DNA of 64,000 bases from Patescibacteria group bacterium (GCA_049319825.1 JBMORT010000002.1:271230-335229), one strand, 5' to 3'. Shown: positions 46,015 through 56,300, counted from the first letter of the stretch. Notes: a model not told the origin generated them from the sequence alone. A program made the numbers and translations.

Positions 46015-47187
46015 ATGCGAGTTTATTTTGATAATGCCGCCACCACCCCGGTCGATTCGGAGGTGATGAAATCAATGCTGCCGTTTTTTTCGGAGAAATT
46101 CGGCAATCCGTCTTCGGTCCACTCGTTTGGCCAGGAAGCGGAAGCAGCGCTATCAGAATCGAGAGATAAAATTGCCAAGGTATTGGGGGCGAAATCCAAG
46201 GAAATTATTTTTACTTCCGGCGCCACCGAAAGCAATAATCTGGCCATACTGGGTGTTGCCGAATACTTTGCCCGGAAAAAACCGCATTTTATAACCTCGA
46301 AAATCGAGCATCCGGCCGTGCTGGAAACATTCAAAGAATTAAAAAAGCGAGGCTTTGATGTCGATTTTATCAATGTTACCCCTGAAGGTTTGGTGCGGAT
46401 CGATGAGATTGAGAAAAAAATCAAAAAAAATACTGTGCTGGTTTCCGTGATGCTGGCCAATAATGAAATTGGCACGCTGCAGCCGGTACGGGAGATCGCG
46501 CCACTGATCGAGGCTGTTAGAAAAAAAAGAACGGCTAAAGACCTGCCGCTTTATTTGCACACCGACGCCGCTCAGGCATTCAATTACATCCCTTGCAGCG
46601 TTGATTATTTGGGCGTCGACTTGCTAACCATATCCGGCCAGAAAATTTTCGGTCCCAAGGGCATTGGTTGTTTGTATGTCCGGGAATCGGTAAAGATCAA
46701 GCCGATCGCCTTTGGCGGACATCAGGAACACGGTCTCCGTCCGGGCACCATTAATGTTCCGCTGATAGTGGGTTTGGGCAAGGCCATGGAACTGGCCGAT
46801 CGGGATCGCGCGTCAAATATCAAAAAAGTTAAAAAGCTACAGGATAAAATTTGGTCGGAGATTCAAAAAATCAAGGATGTCAGATTAAACGGCGATTGGC
46901 AGCAGCGTCTACCTAATAATTTGAATGTCAGTTTTAAAAATGCCGAAGGTGAAAGTATTTTAATGATGCTGGACATGGAAGGTTTTGCCGTTTCCACCGG
47001 ATCGGCCTGCTCTTCCGGGTCGCTTGAGCCATCGCATGTGTTAACGGCGATCGGCGTTAAACCGCAGTGGACGCATGGCAGTGTTCGAATATCTCTGGGC
47101 AAATACAACACCGAGGTGGAAGCCAAACAATTCCTTAACGTCCTGCCGAAAATAATCGAGCGCTTGCGCAAGATGGCGCCCAAGTGA
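46015..47187 (+). CDS. iscS: Cysteine desulfurase IscS/NifS
   Basis: YFDNAATT, GNPSS.H, FTSGATE, EHPAV, HTDAAQ, K..GPKG, STGSACSS. Confidence 0.96.
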   Translation: MRVYFDNAATTPVDSEVMKSMLPFFSEKFGNPSSVHSFGQEAEAALSESRDKIAKVLGAKSKEIIFTSGATESNNLAILGVAEYFARKKPHFITSKIEHPAVLETFKELKKRGFDVDFINVTPEGLVRIDEIEKKIKKNTVLVSVMLANNEIGTLQPVREIAPLIEAVRKKRTAKDLPLYLHTDAAQAFNYIPCSVDYLGVDLLTISGQKIFGPKGIGCLYVRESVKIKPIAFGGHQEHGLRPGTINVPLIVGLGKAMELADRDRASNIKKVKKLQDKIWSEIQKIKDVRLNGDWQQRLPNNLNVSFKNAEGESILMMLDMEGFAVSTGSACSSGSLEPSHVLTAIGVKPQWTHGSVRISLGKYNTEVEAKQFLNVLPKIIERLRKMAPK

Positions 47188-47352
47188 TGGTCGGCGAAGA
47201 TAGCTGCAGCTTCGCAAAGCGATCGGGATCGAGTCGAAGGTCGGGGGCCGATTAAAAAGTAACACAGCCTCTAAATTAAAAATCCCGCGGCGCGGGGCAC
47301 CAACTTTTACTAGATTATTTTTCGTTGAATTTAATTGATCAGCATTGAATAT

Positions 47353-47380
47353 AAAAGCAGAGCCGACCGCTCTGTTTTTT
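47353..47380. terminator. Bidirectional terminator between iscS and ftsW
   Basis: aaaagcagagc-cgacc-gctctgtttttt. Confidence 0.8.
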
Positions 47381-47391
47381 CATGGGGTTGA

Positions 47392-48549
47392 TTATTTCTT
47401 CCATGACGAAGTCACGGCGTTTGATTGAGGCAATGTGCTGGTTTGCCTGGAAATATTGACTAATATTCCGAATGCCGCCATACCGATCGCCAGCGCCGTG
47501 CCGCCATGGCTGACAAATGGCAGCGGGACGCCGGTCAATGGCGCGAGCCCGATCATGGCGCAGATATTGACAAAGGCCTGAACGATAAACCAGCTGCCGA
47601 TGCCGATGGCCAGCAGCCGGCCGAATTTATCCGGGCAATTGTTGGCGATTTTTAATATTTTGAAAAAAAATAAAATGAATAATGCGATCAGCATTACGGC
47701 AAACAGAAAACCGAGTTCTTCGCAGATGATGGCGTAAATCGAATCACCGGTAACTTCGGGCAGATACTGAAATTTTTGTCTGGAGTGGCCAAATCCTCGG
47801 CCAAAAAGTCCGCCCGAACCGATCGCCAAAAATGCCTGGTTGATGTGGTAGCCGATCCCCTGAGGATCCAGCTCCGGATATAAAAAAGTCATCAGCCGCG
47901 CCGTGCGATATGGCGATAGTTTTATCATCAGTAAGAGCAACCCGGCTCCGCCGATGCCGATGGTGGCGATGTGAGTGAGTTTGGCGCCCGATGCAAAAAA
48001 TACGATCAGCGATGAAGCCAAGATGATAATCATCGTGCCGGTATCCGGCTGCAAGGCCATCAACACGCATACCAATGAGGTGATGAATAAGAACGGCAGC
48101 AGACCGCTGGACCAGTTTTTGATGTCTTTATCCTGGCGTTTGGCCAGCCAGATTGACAAATACATTAGGAAAGTCAGCTTCACCAGCTCCGACGGCTGAA
48201 AAGACAGCGGTCCGAGGTTGATCCAGCTGCGCGCGCCCCCGTATTCGGCGCCGATCCCCGGCAGAAATACGCTGATCAGCAGGATGAGTGAAATAATGAA
48301 AAAAGCAAAAATGAATTTTTTCCATTTTTGATAATTCACCAATGAAAAAATAAGCAAAAATATAATTCCGGGCAATAAACCATGGACCAATTGTTGTTTT
48401 ATAAAATGATAGCTGTCCCCGAACCGATCAAAGCCTACGGCCGAGCTAGCTGATGTTAAAACGATCAAGCCGAACGCCAAAATCAGTCCGAAGAGCGCGA
48501 TCAGAATTATATCCGGGCGATGATAGATGGTTTTGGCTTTAGTGATCAT
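47392..48549 (-). CDS. ftsW: SEDS peptidoglycan polymerase FtsW
   Basis: GARSWI, FQPSELVK, LQPDTGT, S.QKFQYLPE...D, P.TGVPLPFVS.GGT; follows murD. Confidence 0.95.
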   Translation of the reverse strand: MITKAKTIYHRPDIILIALFGLILAFGLIVLTSASSAVGFDRFGDSYHFIKQQLVHGLLPGIIFLLIFSLVNYQKWKKFIFAFFIISLILLISVFLPGIGAEYGGARSWINLGPLSFQPSELVKLTFLMYLSIWLAKRQDKDIKNWSSGLLPFLFITSLVCVLMALQPDTGTMIIILASSLIVFFASGAKLTHIATIGIGGAGLLLLMIKLSPYRTARLMTFLYPELDPQGIGYHINQAFLAIGSGGLFGRGFGHSRQKFQYLPEVTGDSIYAIICEELGFLFAVMLIALFILFFFKILKIANNCPDKFGRLLAIGIGSWFIVQAFVNICAMIGLAPLTGVPLPFVSHGGTALAIGMAAFGILVNISRQTSTLPQSNAVTSSWKK

Positions 48550-48660
48550 TGGTTTGGTGAAAAGCGAGCTTCGAAATTAGAAAGTAAAAATTTTTAAAAT
48601 TGGACATCGATTGCCCATTTAAATAATGTGAATGTCCGTCAGTTATCTCATTTTTTATTT

Positions 48661-50079
48661 TTATCTGATTTCATCCGTATCCCGTTTTGTCGAAGCGTGC
48701 CGACCCCATAACACCTGGCCCCAGCGAGTTTCAATTTTTTGCCCGGCGTTCGACTTCACGTTTTTTCTGATTTTTTTTACCGCTTGTTTGAATTTGTCTC
48801 CTCGATCGAATTCGTTTTTGAATAAGCCAAAGCTGGCAAACCCCGGAGAAAAAAGTATCACATCTCCCGATTCGCTGGTTTCAAAGGCGTCGCCCACGCA
48901 TTTGGTCAAATTGTCGTAAACGTCTGCCGGCTCGCCGCCAAAAGACTCGATGCTTTTTTTGAATTCGGCAGTAGCCGTGCCCTGGAGCAAAAAGATCGCT
49001 TTGGCTTTGGTGGCCGCGTCTTTGGCCGCTTGCTTCGAGTCGAGCTTTTTATCGTTGCCGCCGGCGATTAAAATTATGGGAAAATCATCAAAGGCTTTGA
49101 GCGCCGCCTGCAGCGCCACCGGCGTGGTGCTGGTGGTGTCGTTGACAAATAAAACACCGTCGATTTCCGCGATCGGTTCGAGCCGATTTTCCACTCCTCG
49201 GAAATTTTCGCATACCCGACGCGCTTTTTTTTCGTCCAGGTCGAAAATTTTAGCGACTTTTAGCGCTGCCGCCACGTTTTCTTTATTGTGCTCGCCCAGT
49301 AGCTTTAGATCCCAATCCGCCGGAATGTCATCGGCCTCAAACCAGTAAACGGAAGATCTGGCTTCTTGGCCCATCTTTTTTGTTTCGGCGTTTTTACCGT
49401 TCAATATTAGATGGTCGGATTTTTTTTGAAATTCATAAATGTTTTTTTTATCCGCAATGTATTCTTCCATGTCTTTATAGCGGTTAAGGTGGTCAGGGTA
49501 AATATTGGTTACCACGGCAATGTGCGGGCTGATTTTATCCGCCCCAAAGCCTTGAAGCTGCCAGCTTGATAATTCTAATACCACAAGGTCGTCCTTTGTT
49601 ATTTTATCAATCAGCGGAAGAGTGGCGCTTCCCTGTATATTTCCTGCCAGATAGACTTTTTTTCCTGTTAATTTTAATATCTCGGCAATCAAAGTTGTGG
49701 TGGTGGTTTTGCCCCTGGTTCCGGTAATGCCAATGATCGGGCAGGGGCAATATTTGGCAAATAAAGATTCATCCATTTCGATTTCGACGCCGGCGTCCTT
49801 GGCGATTTTTAAAAATTCCGAGTCTTTTGGCACATCAGCATTTCGTAAAATGAGGTCAGCATTCTTAAAATCCTTAGGATCATGTTTTCCTAGCGTATAC
49901 GTAATTTTATAATTTTTAAGCTGATCAAGCGAGACGGTCAGTTCTTTTTTTGTTTTTAAATCCGTGACGGTTACGTCTGCCCCATGATCAATAAAAAATT
50001 TCGTATCGAGCAGTCCGCGGCCGAGCAGACCTAGACCCATGATGGTCACTTTTTTGTTGTTAAAGTTTGGAAAATTCAT
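48661..50079 (-). CDS. murD: UDP-MurNAc-L-Ala:D-Glu ligase
   Basis: GLGLLG, GITGTRGKTTTT, GNI, LELSSWQL, DHLNRY, SPGFASF..F.N...RGD.F. Confidence 0.95.
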   Translation of the reverse strand: MNFPNFNNKKVTIMGLGLLGRGLLDTKFFIDHGADVTVTDLKTKKELTVSLDQLKNYKITYTLGKHDPKDFKNADLILRNADVPKDSEFLKIAKDAGVEIEMDESLFAKYCPCPIIGITGTRGKTTTTTLIAEILKLTGKKVYLAGNIQGSATLPLIDKITKDDLVVLELSSWQLQGFGADKISPHIAVVTNIYPDHLNRYKDMEEYIADKKNIYEFQKKSDHLILNGKNAETKKMGQEARSSVYWFEADDIPADWDLKLLGEHNKENVAAALKVAKIFDLDEKKARRVCENFRGVENRLEPIAEIDGVLFVNDTTSTTPVALQAALKAFDDFPIILIAGGNDKKLDSKQAAKDAATKAKAIFLLQGTATAEFKKSIESFGGEPADVYDNLTKCVGDAFETSESGDVILFSPGFASFGLFKNEFDRGDKFKQAVKKIRKNVKSNAGQKIETRWGQVLWGRHASTKRDTDEIR

Positions 50080-50171
50080 ATTTATCTTAAAAATGAAAAA
50101 TTTCGTGGCTACCTTTGGGAGTTTTTTTATGTTTGCCTGAAGGCACTGCTTTTTACTTGATTGAATTTAAG

Positions 50172-51221
50172 TTAATACCAGCCTTTATCCAGCAGCGCTA
50201 AAATAATGCCGATCACCGCGGCGACACCGGAAACCACCCAGAACCGCATGACGATTTTCGGCTCTGACCAGCCGATCGCCTGAAAGTGATGATGAATCGG
50301 CGTCGATTGAAATATTTTTTTCTTACGGAATTTTTTGGAAATCAATTGAATAATTACCGACAATGATTCAATCAGCGGCACGATTAATATTACCAGCAGT
50401 AGCAAAGCGGTATTGGTCAGCATCGCCACGATAGCTAAAGTCACTCCCAAGGCCATGGCTCCGGTGTCTCCCATGAAAAATCTGGCCGGATTGATGTTAA
50501 ACCATAAAAACGCCAGTGTCGCTCCGGCGATGATGCCGCAAAATGCGGCCAGCTCGAATTTGCCCTGAGTAAAGGCGATTGCCCCGAACGCGCCGAACGC
50601 GATAGCCAAAACGCCGCCGGCCAGTCCGTCGAGCCCGTCGGTTTCGTTGATGGAAAAAGCGGTCGCCACCACCACGAAAATAAAAATCGGGATGTACCAC
50701 CAGCCGACATTGAAGTTATCCAAAAACGGAATATGAAACACATCCCAATCGAGCTTGAAGTAAAACCAAAACGCTCCAATCAGGGCGATGACCGTGTACA
50801 TTCCGAGTCTCATGCCCATGCTCAGTCCGCCGCCGTGCGGCCCGATTTTTTTTATGTTTAAAAAATCATCGGCTAAACCAAGCAAGGCGCAGGCGATTAA
50901 AGCGCCGAGCGGCAGCAGCGTTTGCGCCCGGGTCAAAATATTCAATTTATCGAAAAAATCAATATCGGTCAGCGTGGACATCAGCCAAAAGAACACGGTG
51001 ATCAAAAGCACCGTTCCCCAGATCAAAATGCCTCCCATTGTCGGCGTGCCGGCCTTTGATTGATGCAGTTTTGAAAAGATCGGTGTTTCCCGGCCATCCC
51101 TGATTGTTTTTCCCAGTTTATATTTGAATAAAAAGTGGCTTAGCAGCGGTGTCCAAAGTATGGCGATAATAAAAGTTAAAGTGGATAAAAGGGCGATTTT
51201 AAATACTAATGCGGTTTCCAT
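50172..51221 (-). CDS. mraY: Phospho-MurNAc-pentapeptide transferase
   Basis: K.GTPTMGG, G.ADD, N.TDGLDGL, PARFFMGDTG, PIHHHF. Confidence 0.97.
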   Translation of the reverse strand: METALVFKIALLSTLTFIIAILWTPLLSHFLFKYKLGKTIRDGRETPIFSKLHQSKAGTPTMGGILIWGTVLLITVFFWLMSTLTDIDFFDKLNILTRAQTLLPLGALIACALLGLADDFLNIKKIGPHGGGLSMGMRLGMYTVIALIGAFWFYFKLDWDVFHIPFLDNFNVGWWYIPIFIFVVVATAFSINETDGLDGLAGGVLAIAFGAFGAIAFTQGKFELAAFCGIIAGATLAFLWFNINPARFFMGDTGAMALGVTLAIVAMLTNTALLLLVILIVPLIESLSVIIQLISKKFRKKKIFQSTPIHHHFQAIGWSEPKIVMRFWVVSGVAAVIGIILALLDKGWY

Positions 51222-51227
51222 AATTTT

Positions 51228-51626
51228 TTAAATGTTGATTAAAATCATCAAAATGACTGATATCAGCAGGAATATTTGGACCATGGCCGCGGAGACTATT
51301 AAAAAGTAACTGGCCAGTATTTTCAGACTGTAAAAATAAATGGCTAGGATAAAGTTAAAAATCAATATCGCCATTCCCAGCGCCGGCATGATAAAGCCTT
51401 GATACCATTGGCCGAAAAGGTCAATGCCCCAGTAAATGTTGTAGTGGAGCGGCAGGGTCAGTTTCTCTGGATTGGACAGCGCGATCGCCCGAAATTTTAT
51501 AATCAAAAGCAGCCAGATGCCGATGTTCAGGCCAAGCGCCAGAAAGAGGCTGATTAGTATGAGCTTGTTTTTCCTGGCCGGGCTGGTCTTAAGATTTTCG
51601 AATAATTGGTGGAAAAAGGCGAGCAT
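51228..51626 (-). CDS. Small 3-TM membrane protein (P.HYN..WG.D..G motif)
   Basis: Three hydrophobic helices; LPLHYNIYWGIDLFG; directly upstream of mraY. Confidence 0.75.
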   Translation of the reverse strand: MLAFFHQLFENLKTSPARKNKLILISLFLALGLNIGIWLLLIIKFRAIALSNPEKLTLPLHYNIYWGIDLFGQWYQGFIMPALGMAILIFNFILAIYFYSLKILASYFLIVSAAMVQIFLLISVILMILINI

Positions 51627-51738
51627 GCGTTTTTTATTATTCTAAAATGAATATTATCACGAATTTTGAGATATTTAAAGTGCGCAATCTTGATTTTTTT
51701 GTGATTTTTTGGTATAATCGAGGTAATTAAATATATAA

Positions 51739-53157
51739 ATGATCAAAAATATGACTTACGAAGCGTTCCATAAAATACGTGATGATCAAGAACAGAAAAA
51801 GAGGTCGATCAAGCCGACAGCCAAGCTGTCGTCGGCTCGGGTACCTATGCCCAAGGTTTCGGCGCAACACGCGGAACTTTTAAATCCGGAAATCGTGCTT
51901 GATCCCGACGAGCTAAAAACTTTTTTGGAGGTATTGCCGCCCCCGATACCGGCCGCGAAAAAAGAAATGGAAATTCCGCCTATCCCCGCGGAAGCGAAAA
52001 AAACAATAACCGAAAAGCCAGCGGCTAAAGATCAAATATTGGAGCAGTACCGTCGATATGTGCGCCAAAGGCAAGAGGCGCACCAGCAACTGGACAAGCG
52101 GTTCAATTGTCCGCTGTTGCCGGAGCGCTCGAGTTTTCGCGGCGAAGGCTTCGTGGCGGTTGATGATCAGAGAGTGATGCAACTTGAATATTCTGGATTT
52201 ACGATGGAAAAAAAACCCGATGCCGGTCATCAATTCAATCAGGATTGCGCGCTGAGTGATCCGCGATCAAGAATCGTGGCGGTGTTTGACGGCGCCGGCG
52301 GCGCGAAAAATTCAGAAAGAGCCTCGCGGCTGACAGCCGAAGTGTTTCATAACCAATTTAAAGATGAAAAATTTCAATATTTTGAATCAGCTGAAGAGTT
52401 TGACGCGTTTCGAGCGGATTATGAAAAAAGAGTTCGCGCGGCCTTGCTTGAAGCCAACAGGCAAATTCTCAGCAAAGCCAAAGAATCAGCCACGACCATT
52501 GCTTTTTCACAGGTAGTGGGAGCAAGCGACGGTAAAATAAAGCTAGCTGTGGCCACGGTTGGCGATAGCCCGATTTACGTGATGAGCGGCCGGACCGGCA
52601 AAATCACCAAAATAAACGAAGATCATAACCTATTGACTCAGCTTAAAAATATTCCTCAGGAATTCCACAATAAAATCGCCATGGATTTGGCAGCCAGAAA
52701 CAGCAGCGTCGCCGCTGTCCGGCAAAAGGTCGGCGATGCCGGTTTCGTCGATTTGATGGACAAGCTGATCGGCGCGGAAAGCGCGGCTCAGGTTTATGGC
52801 AGCGGCCTAGAAAAAAAATACCCGGAATTGACCAGAGATGAGGTGATGACCGTATTCTTGGCCCTTAATAACCGAATCACCAGAGCGGTCGGCGATCCCA
52901 AATTAACCAAGGAGCAAGTGGACATAAATTGGGTGGAGTTGGCGGATGGCGATTCAATACTGGCCGCTTCCGACGCAGTTTTCGATAATGCCACCGTCGC
53001 TCAGCTGGAAAGGATTCTTAAAGGCGATATTAACAATTTAGATAAATTAAATGCACAACTGCTCAAAGCATTCGTCAATAAAGGATTATATGAGAAAGGT
53101 TTGGTTAAACCGGATGATTTGACAGAATGCGCGCTGAAAGTGAGTTTAGCCAAATAA
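51739..53157 (+). CDS. PP2C/PPM-family Ser/Thr phosphatase with Pro-rich N-terminal extension and helical insert
   Basis: NQD, VFDGAGG, ATT, VGDS..Y, EDH, ITRAVG, ASDAV, DDLT. Confidence 0.85.
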   Translation: MIKNMTYEAFHKIRDDQEQKKRSIKPTAKLSSARVPMPKVSAQHAELLNPEIVLDPDELKTFLEVLPPPIPAAKKEMEIPPIPAEAKKTITEKPAAKDQILEQYRRYVRQRQEAHQQLDKRFNCPLLPERSSFRGEGFVAVDDQRVMQLEYSGFTMEKKPDAGHQFNQDCALSDPRSRIVAVFDGAGGAKNSERASRLTAEVFHNQFKDEKFQYFESAEEFDAFRADYEKRVRAALLEANRQILSKAKESATTIAFSQVVGASDGKIKLAVATVGDSPIYVMSGRTGKITKINEDHNLLTQLKNIPQEFHNKIAMDLAARNSSVAAVRQKVGDAGFVDLMDKLIGAESAAQVYGSGLEKKYPELTRDEVMTVFLALNNRITRAVGDPKLTKEQVDINWVELADGDSILAASDAVFDNATVAQLERILKGDINNLDKLNAQLLKAFVNKGLYEKGLVKPDDLTECALKVSLAK

Positions 53158-53165
53158 ACGATATT

Positions 53166-53200
53166 AAAAAAGAGAGTGAAAGTTTTCGCCCTCTTTTTTT
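53166..53200. terminator. Bidirectional terminator
   Basis: A tract-gagagtgaa...ttcgccctc-T tract between convergent genes. Confidence 0.75.
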
Positions 53201-53205
53201 ACCGA

Positions 53206-53583
53206 TTAAATTTTGTCAGCGTGGCTGTGAAAGATCAGTAGTTTAAATAATACCGTCAAGTTTTCCTGCTGGCTTCCGGTCGTCTGGCGATGCAAGTCAG
53301 AGACGGCAGTGGCCAGATAAGGAAATTGTTCCAGCAAATGATCGACAGCGGCATCGAAGTCAATATCGCCCTCATTAAGCGCTCGGACCTTTGGATGGTC
53401 CTCTCTGCAGGCGACGAACGAATCGTCGATCAGGATGTTTCCGAGCAGCATGATGAGCAGAAATCGATCCATAATGCCCAGCTGGGCATGCTGATCGATG
53501 AATGATTGAATAAATCCGGTGACGATCGGATTTAGAGCGATCCATTCTCGCGCTCTTTTGGGGATGATGGCCATGGCGATCAT
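53206..53583 (-). CDS. Hypothetical orphan protein in a self-contained cassette
   Basis: AAAGGAG SD; promoter TTGACA(53646-53641)-17-TAAAGT. Confidence 0.7.
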   Translation of the reverse strand: MIAMAIIPKRAREWIALNPIVTGFIQSFIDQHAQLGIMDRFLLIMLLGNILIDDSFVACREDHPKVRALNEGDIDFDAAVDHLLEQFPYLATAVSDLHRQTTGSQQENLTVLFKLLIFHSHADKI

Positions 53584-53729
53584 GAAAAAGCTCCTTTCAT
53601 GGTTTTGTGGTCATTGAACTTTACGACTAAATTATTAATTTGTCAAGGAGATAATTTAATTAAGCAATTATTTATCGCGCATGTCAAATCTATTGAATTT
53701 CAGCTTAAGATAAGGTATTTTTGTAATAT

Positions 53730-55034
53730 ATGAATAAAACCTACAAATTGCTTGTTTTAGGGTGCCAGATGAATAAATCGGATGCTGAGAGGATCGAAGC
53801 GGTTTTGCGCAGTCTGGGCTATTCTGAGGCCAAATCCGAAAGAGAAGCGGGTATATTAATGGTCGTGGCCTGTTCTGTGCGGCAAAAAGGCGTGGATCGG
53901 ATTTTTGGCAAGGCACAGGTTTGGAACAGATACAAGCAGAAATGCGAAAGGCGCGAGGCGATCGCCGAGAAGCTTACCATGCTCACCGGTTGCCTCGCTC
54001 TTCATGATAAAAATAAGCTTGAGAAAAAGTTTGATTTTATTTTTGATATAAAAAATTTATGGCAGCTGGAAAAATTTCTTTTTGACAAAGAAACTTTGCC
54101 CAAAGATTATTTAAAAATTATTCCCAAATACCAATCAACTTTTCAGGCGTTCCTGCCGATCATGACCGGCTGCAATAATTTTTGCTCATATTGCATCGTG
54201 CCGTATGTGCGGGGCAGAGAAGTCAGCGTGGATCTTAAAGATGTTTTGGCTCAGGCTGAGGATCTGGCTTGCGCCGGCCGCAAAGAAATCACCTTGCTCG
54301 GCCAGAATGTCAATTCCTACGATCCCAGGGACGCAAGCGAATTTTCACCTGCGAATCCATTTAAAAATAATTTTGCCCGGTTGCTTTGGGAGTTAAACCG
54401 GATTAACGGTCTTGAGCGCCTTCACTTCATGACCTCGCATCCCAAAGACATGTCAGACGACTTGATTCAGGCTTTATCTCTGCCAAAGCTTGTCAATTAT
54501 CTGCACTTGCCCGTTCAATCCGGTTCTGATAATATTTTGTCAGCCATGAATCGGAATTATAAAATCGATGATTATTTAAAAATAATTCAACAGGTGAGAA
54601 AAGTTAAGCCGGGAATCGCCATTGGCACGGATATCATTGTCGGCTTCCCGGGCGAAACCGAGAAAGATTTTCAGGAAACGGTTGATTTATGTAATAAAGT
54701 GAAGTTTGATATCGTCTACGCCGCACAATATTCGCCGCGGCCGCAAACAGCGTCGGCTAAGCTGGAAAATGATGTCTCCGGGGCGGAGAAGAAGCGGCGC
54801 TGGCAGATATTGCAGAATTTAAATGAGCAATATTCTTTTGAGAATAATAAAAAATATTTGAATAAAAAAGTTTCAGTTTTGATCGATACGAAAGTTGAAA
54901 ACAATTTATGGGAAGGCAATAGCCTGGAAATGAAAAGGGTAAGAGTAGCCGGCGATGAGAACTTGATTGGAAAAATCGTGGCGGTTGAGGTGAGGGAAGC
55001 GAAGGAGTGGATATTAATGGGAAATTCCAAATGA
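53730..55034 (+). CDS. miaB: tRNA methylthiotransferase MiaB
   Basis: GCQMN..D.E, CSVR, GCNNFCSYCIVPYVRG.E.S, LLGQNVNSY, HLPVQSGS, DIIVGFPGET; next to miaA. Confidence 0.93.
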   Translation: MNKTYKLLVLGCQMNKSDAERIEAVLRSLGYSEAKSEREAGILMVVACSVRQKGVDRIFGKAQVWNRYKQKCERREAIAEKLTMLTGCLALHDKNKLEKKFDFIFDIKNLWQLEKFLFDKETLPKDYLKIIPKYQSTFQAFLPIMTGCNNFCSYCIVPYVRGREVSVDLKDVLAQAEDLACAGRKEITLLGQNVNSYDPRDASEFSPANPFKNNFARLLWELNRINGLERLHFMTSHPKDMSDDLIQALSLPKLVNYLHLPVQSGSDNILSAMNRNYKIDDYLKIIQQVRKVKPGIAIGTDIIVGFPGETEKDFQETVDLCNKVKFDIVYAAQYSPRPQTASAKLENDVSGAEKKRRWQILQNLNEQYSFENNKKYLNKKVSVLIDTKVENNLWEGNSLEMKRVRVAGDENLIGKIVAVEVREAKEWILMGNSK

Positions 55035-55100
55035 CAAATTACAATAATCAAAATCCCAAACGTTTGTTATTTGATATTTGGAGCTTGTAATTTGTTTTTT

Positions 55101-56030
55101 ATGAAAAAACGCAAAGTCATAATCGTTTTGGGCCCCACCGGTTCTGGGAAATCATCTCTTGCTTTAAAAGTCGCCAAAGAGCATGATGGTTTTTTAATTG
55201 CCGCTGATTCGCGCCAGATTTATAAATTTATGGACATCGGCACGAATAAAGATCGCGGTCAGTGGCGCGAAGACGGATTTTATGTGGATGGCATTCGGGA
55301 ATACGGAGTTGATATCATTGATCCCAAGCAAGACTTTACAGTCGCTGATTGGCTCAGGGAAGTCGATCGGGTAATCGCCGAGAATCCGGATAAGCTGCCG
55401 ATCATCGTCGGCGGCACCGGTCTTTATATCAGCGCCTTGACGCAGGGGTTTGAATTGGCGCCGGAGACTTCCAAAAAGCTTCGGGAAAAATTAAATAAGA
55501 AATTTGATAAAAAGGGTCTGGAATACCTGGTTAAAAAATTGTTAAAAATAGATCCGCAGGCCGGAGAATTTATTGATTTAAAAAATCCACGGAGAGTTTT
55601 GCGCGCGCTTGAAGTCATCATCACCACTAAAAAGCCTTTTTCGGAATATCAAAAAACTGCCAAATCAAGCAAATACCAATTTCTGCAGCTGGGCATGCTG
55701 GTTGAACGAGATCAATTGTATGAAAAAATCAATCAGCGGGTGGATGAAATGATCAAGGTCGGTTTGGTTGACGAAGTCAAAGAGCTCAATGAGAAGGGCT
55801 ATACTTGCGATCTGCCGATAATGAAAAATACGATCGGCTATATGGAGATTTGCGATTTTGTGCAGGGTCGGGCCGGATTAGCTGAAGCAATAGAGAAATT
55901 AAAGCAAAATACGAGAAATTACGCCAAGCGCCAATATACGTGGTTTATGCGCGATAAATCAATCAAGTGGGTGAAAGATTTCGATGAAGCAAATAAATGT
56001 GTTCAGCAATTTTTACATAATAGTAAATAG
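55101..56030 (+). CDS. miaA: tRNA dimethylallyltransferase MiaA
   Basis: GPTGSGKS, ADSRQIY..MDIGT.K, VGGTGLY, RALEV, IGY.E, YAKRQ.TWF; start at ATG 55101. Confidence 0.96.
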   Translation: MKKRKVIIVLGPTGSGKSSLALKVAKEHDGFLIAADSRQIYKFMDIGTNKDRGQWREDGFYVDGIREYGVDIIDPKQDFTVADWLREVDRVIAENPDKLPIIVGGTGLYISALTQGFELAPETSKKLREKLNKKFDKKGLEYLVKKLLKIDPQAGEFIDLKNPRRVLRALEVIITTKKPFSEYQKTAKSSKYQFLQLGMLVERDQLYEKINQRVDEMIKVGLVDEVKELNEKGYTCDLPIMKNTIGYMEICDFVQGRAGLAEAIEKLKQNTRNYAKRQYTWFMRDKSIKWVKDFDEANKCVQQFLHNSK

Positions 56031-56031
56031 C

Positions 56032-56140
56032 AAAGAGAAAATAGTAAAATAACAAAATAAAAATAAAAGAAATTATTCGAATCGCTCTCGTATTTATTTA
56101 CTATTTATTCTGCATCTTTACTATTTACTATTTTCTCTTT
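56032..56140. repeat. Long AT-rich inverted repeat with 17-bp perfect arms built from tagtaaa-type units
   Basis: aaagagaaaatagtaaa (56032-56048) / tttactattttctcttt (56124-56140). Confidence 0.85.
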
Positions 56141-56300
56141 ACTTTCTAAAATAATTGGCATTTTGTATGTTTTAAAGGTGAGCTTTTTGCTCATTTTTTA
56201 TTTAATTTAAGATAAAAAACAAGGAAAAATATTGATTTTTTTGTCAATATATGTTATAATATAATGATATTTTCGAAAACAACGGAAAAGGAAGGAAAGC

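Noticed and set aside
48661-48770. Basic C-terminal tail on MurD
   Set aside because: Probably a neutral stop-loss extension; no motif to support a function
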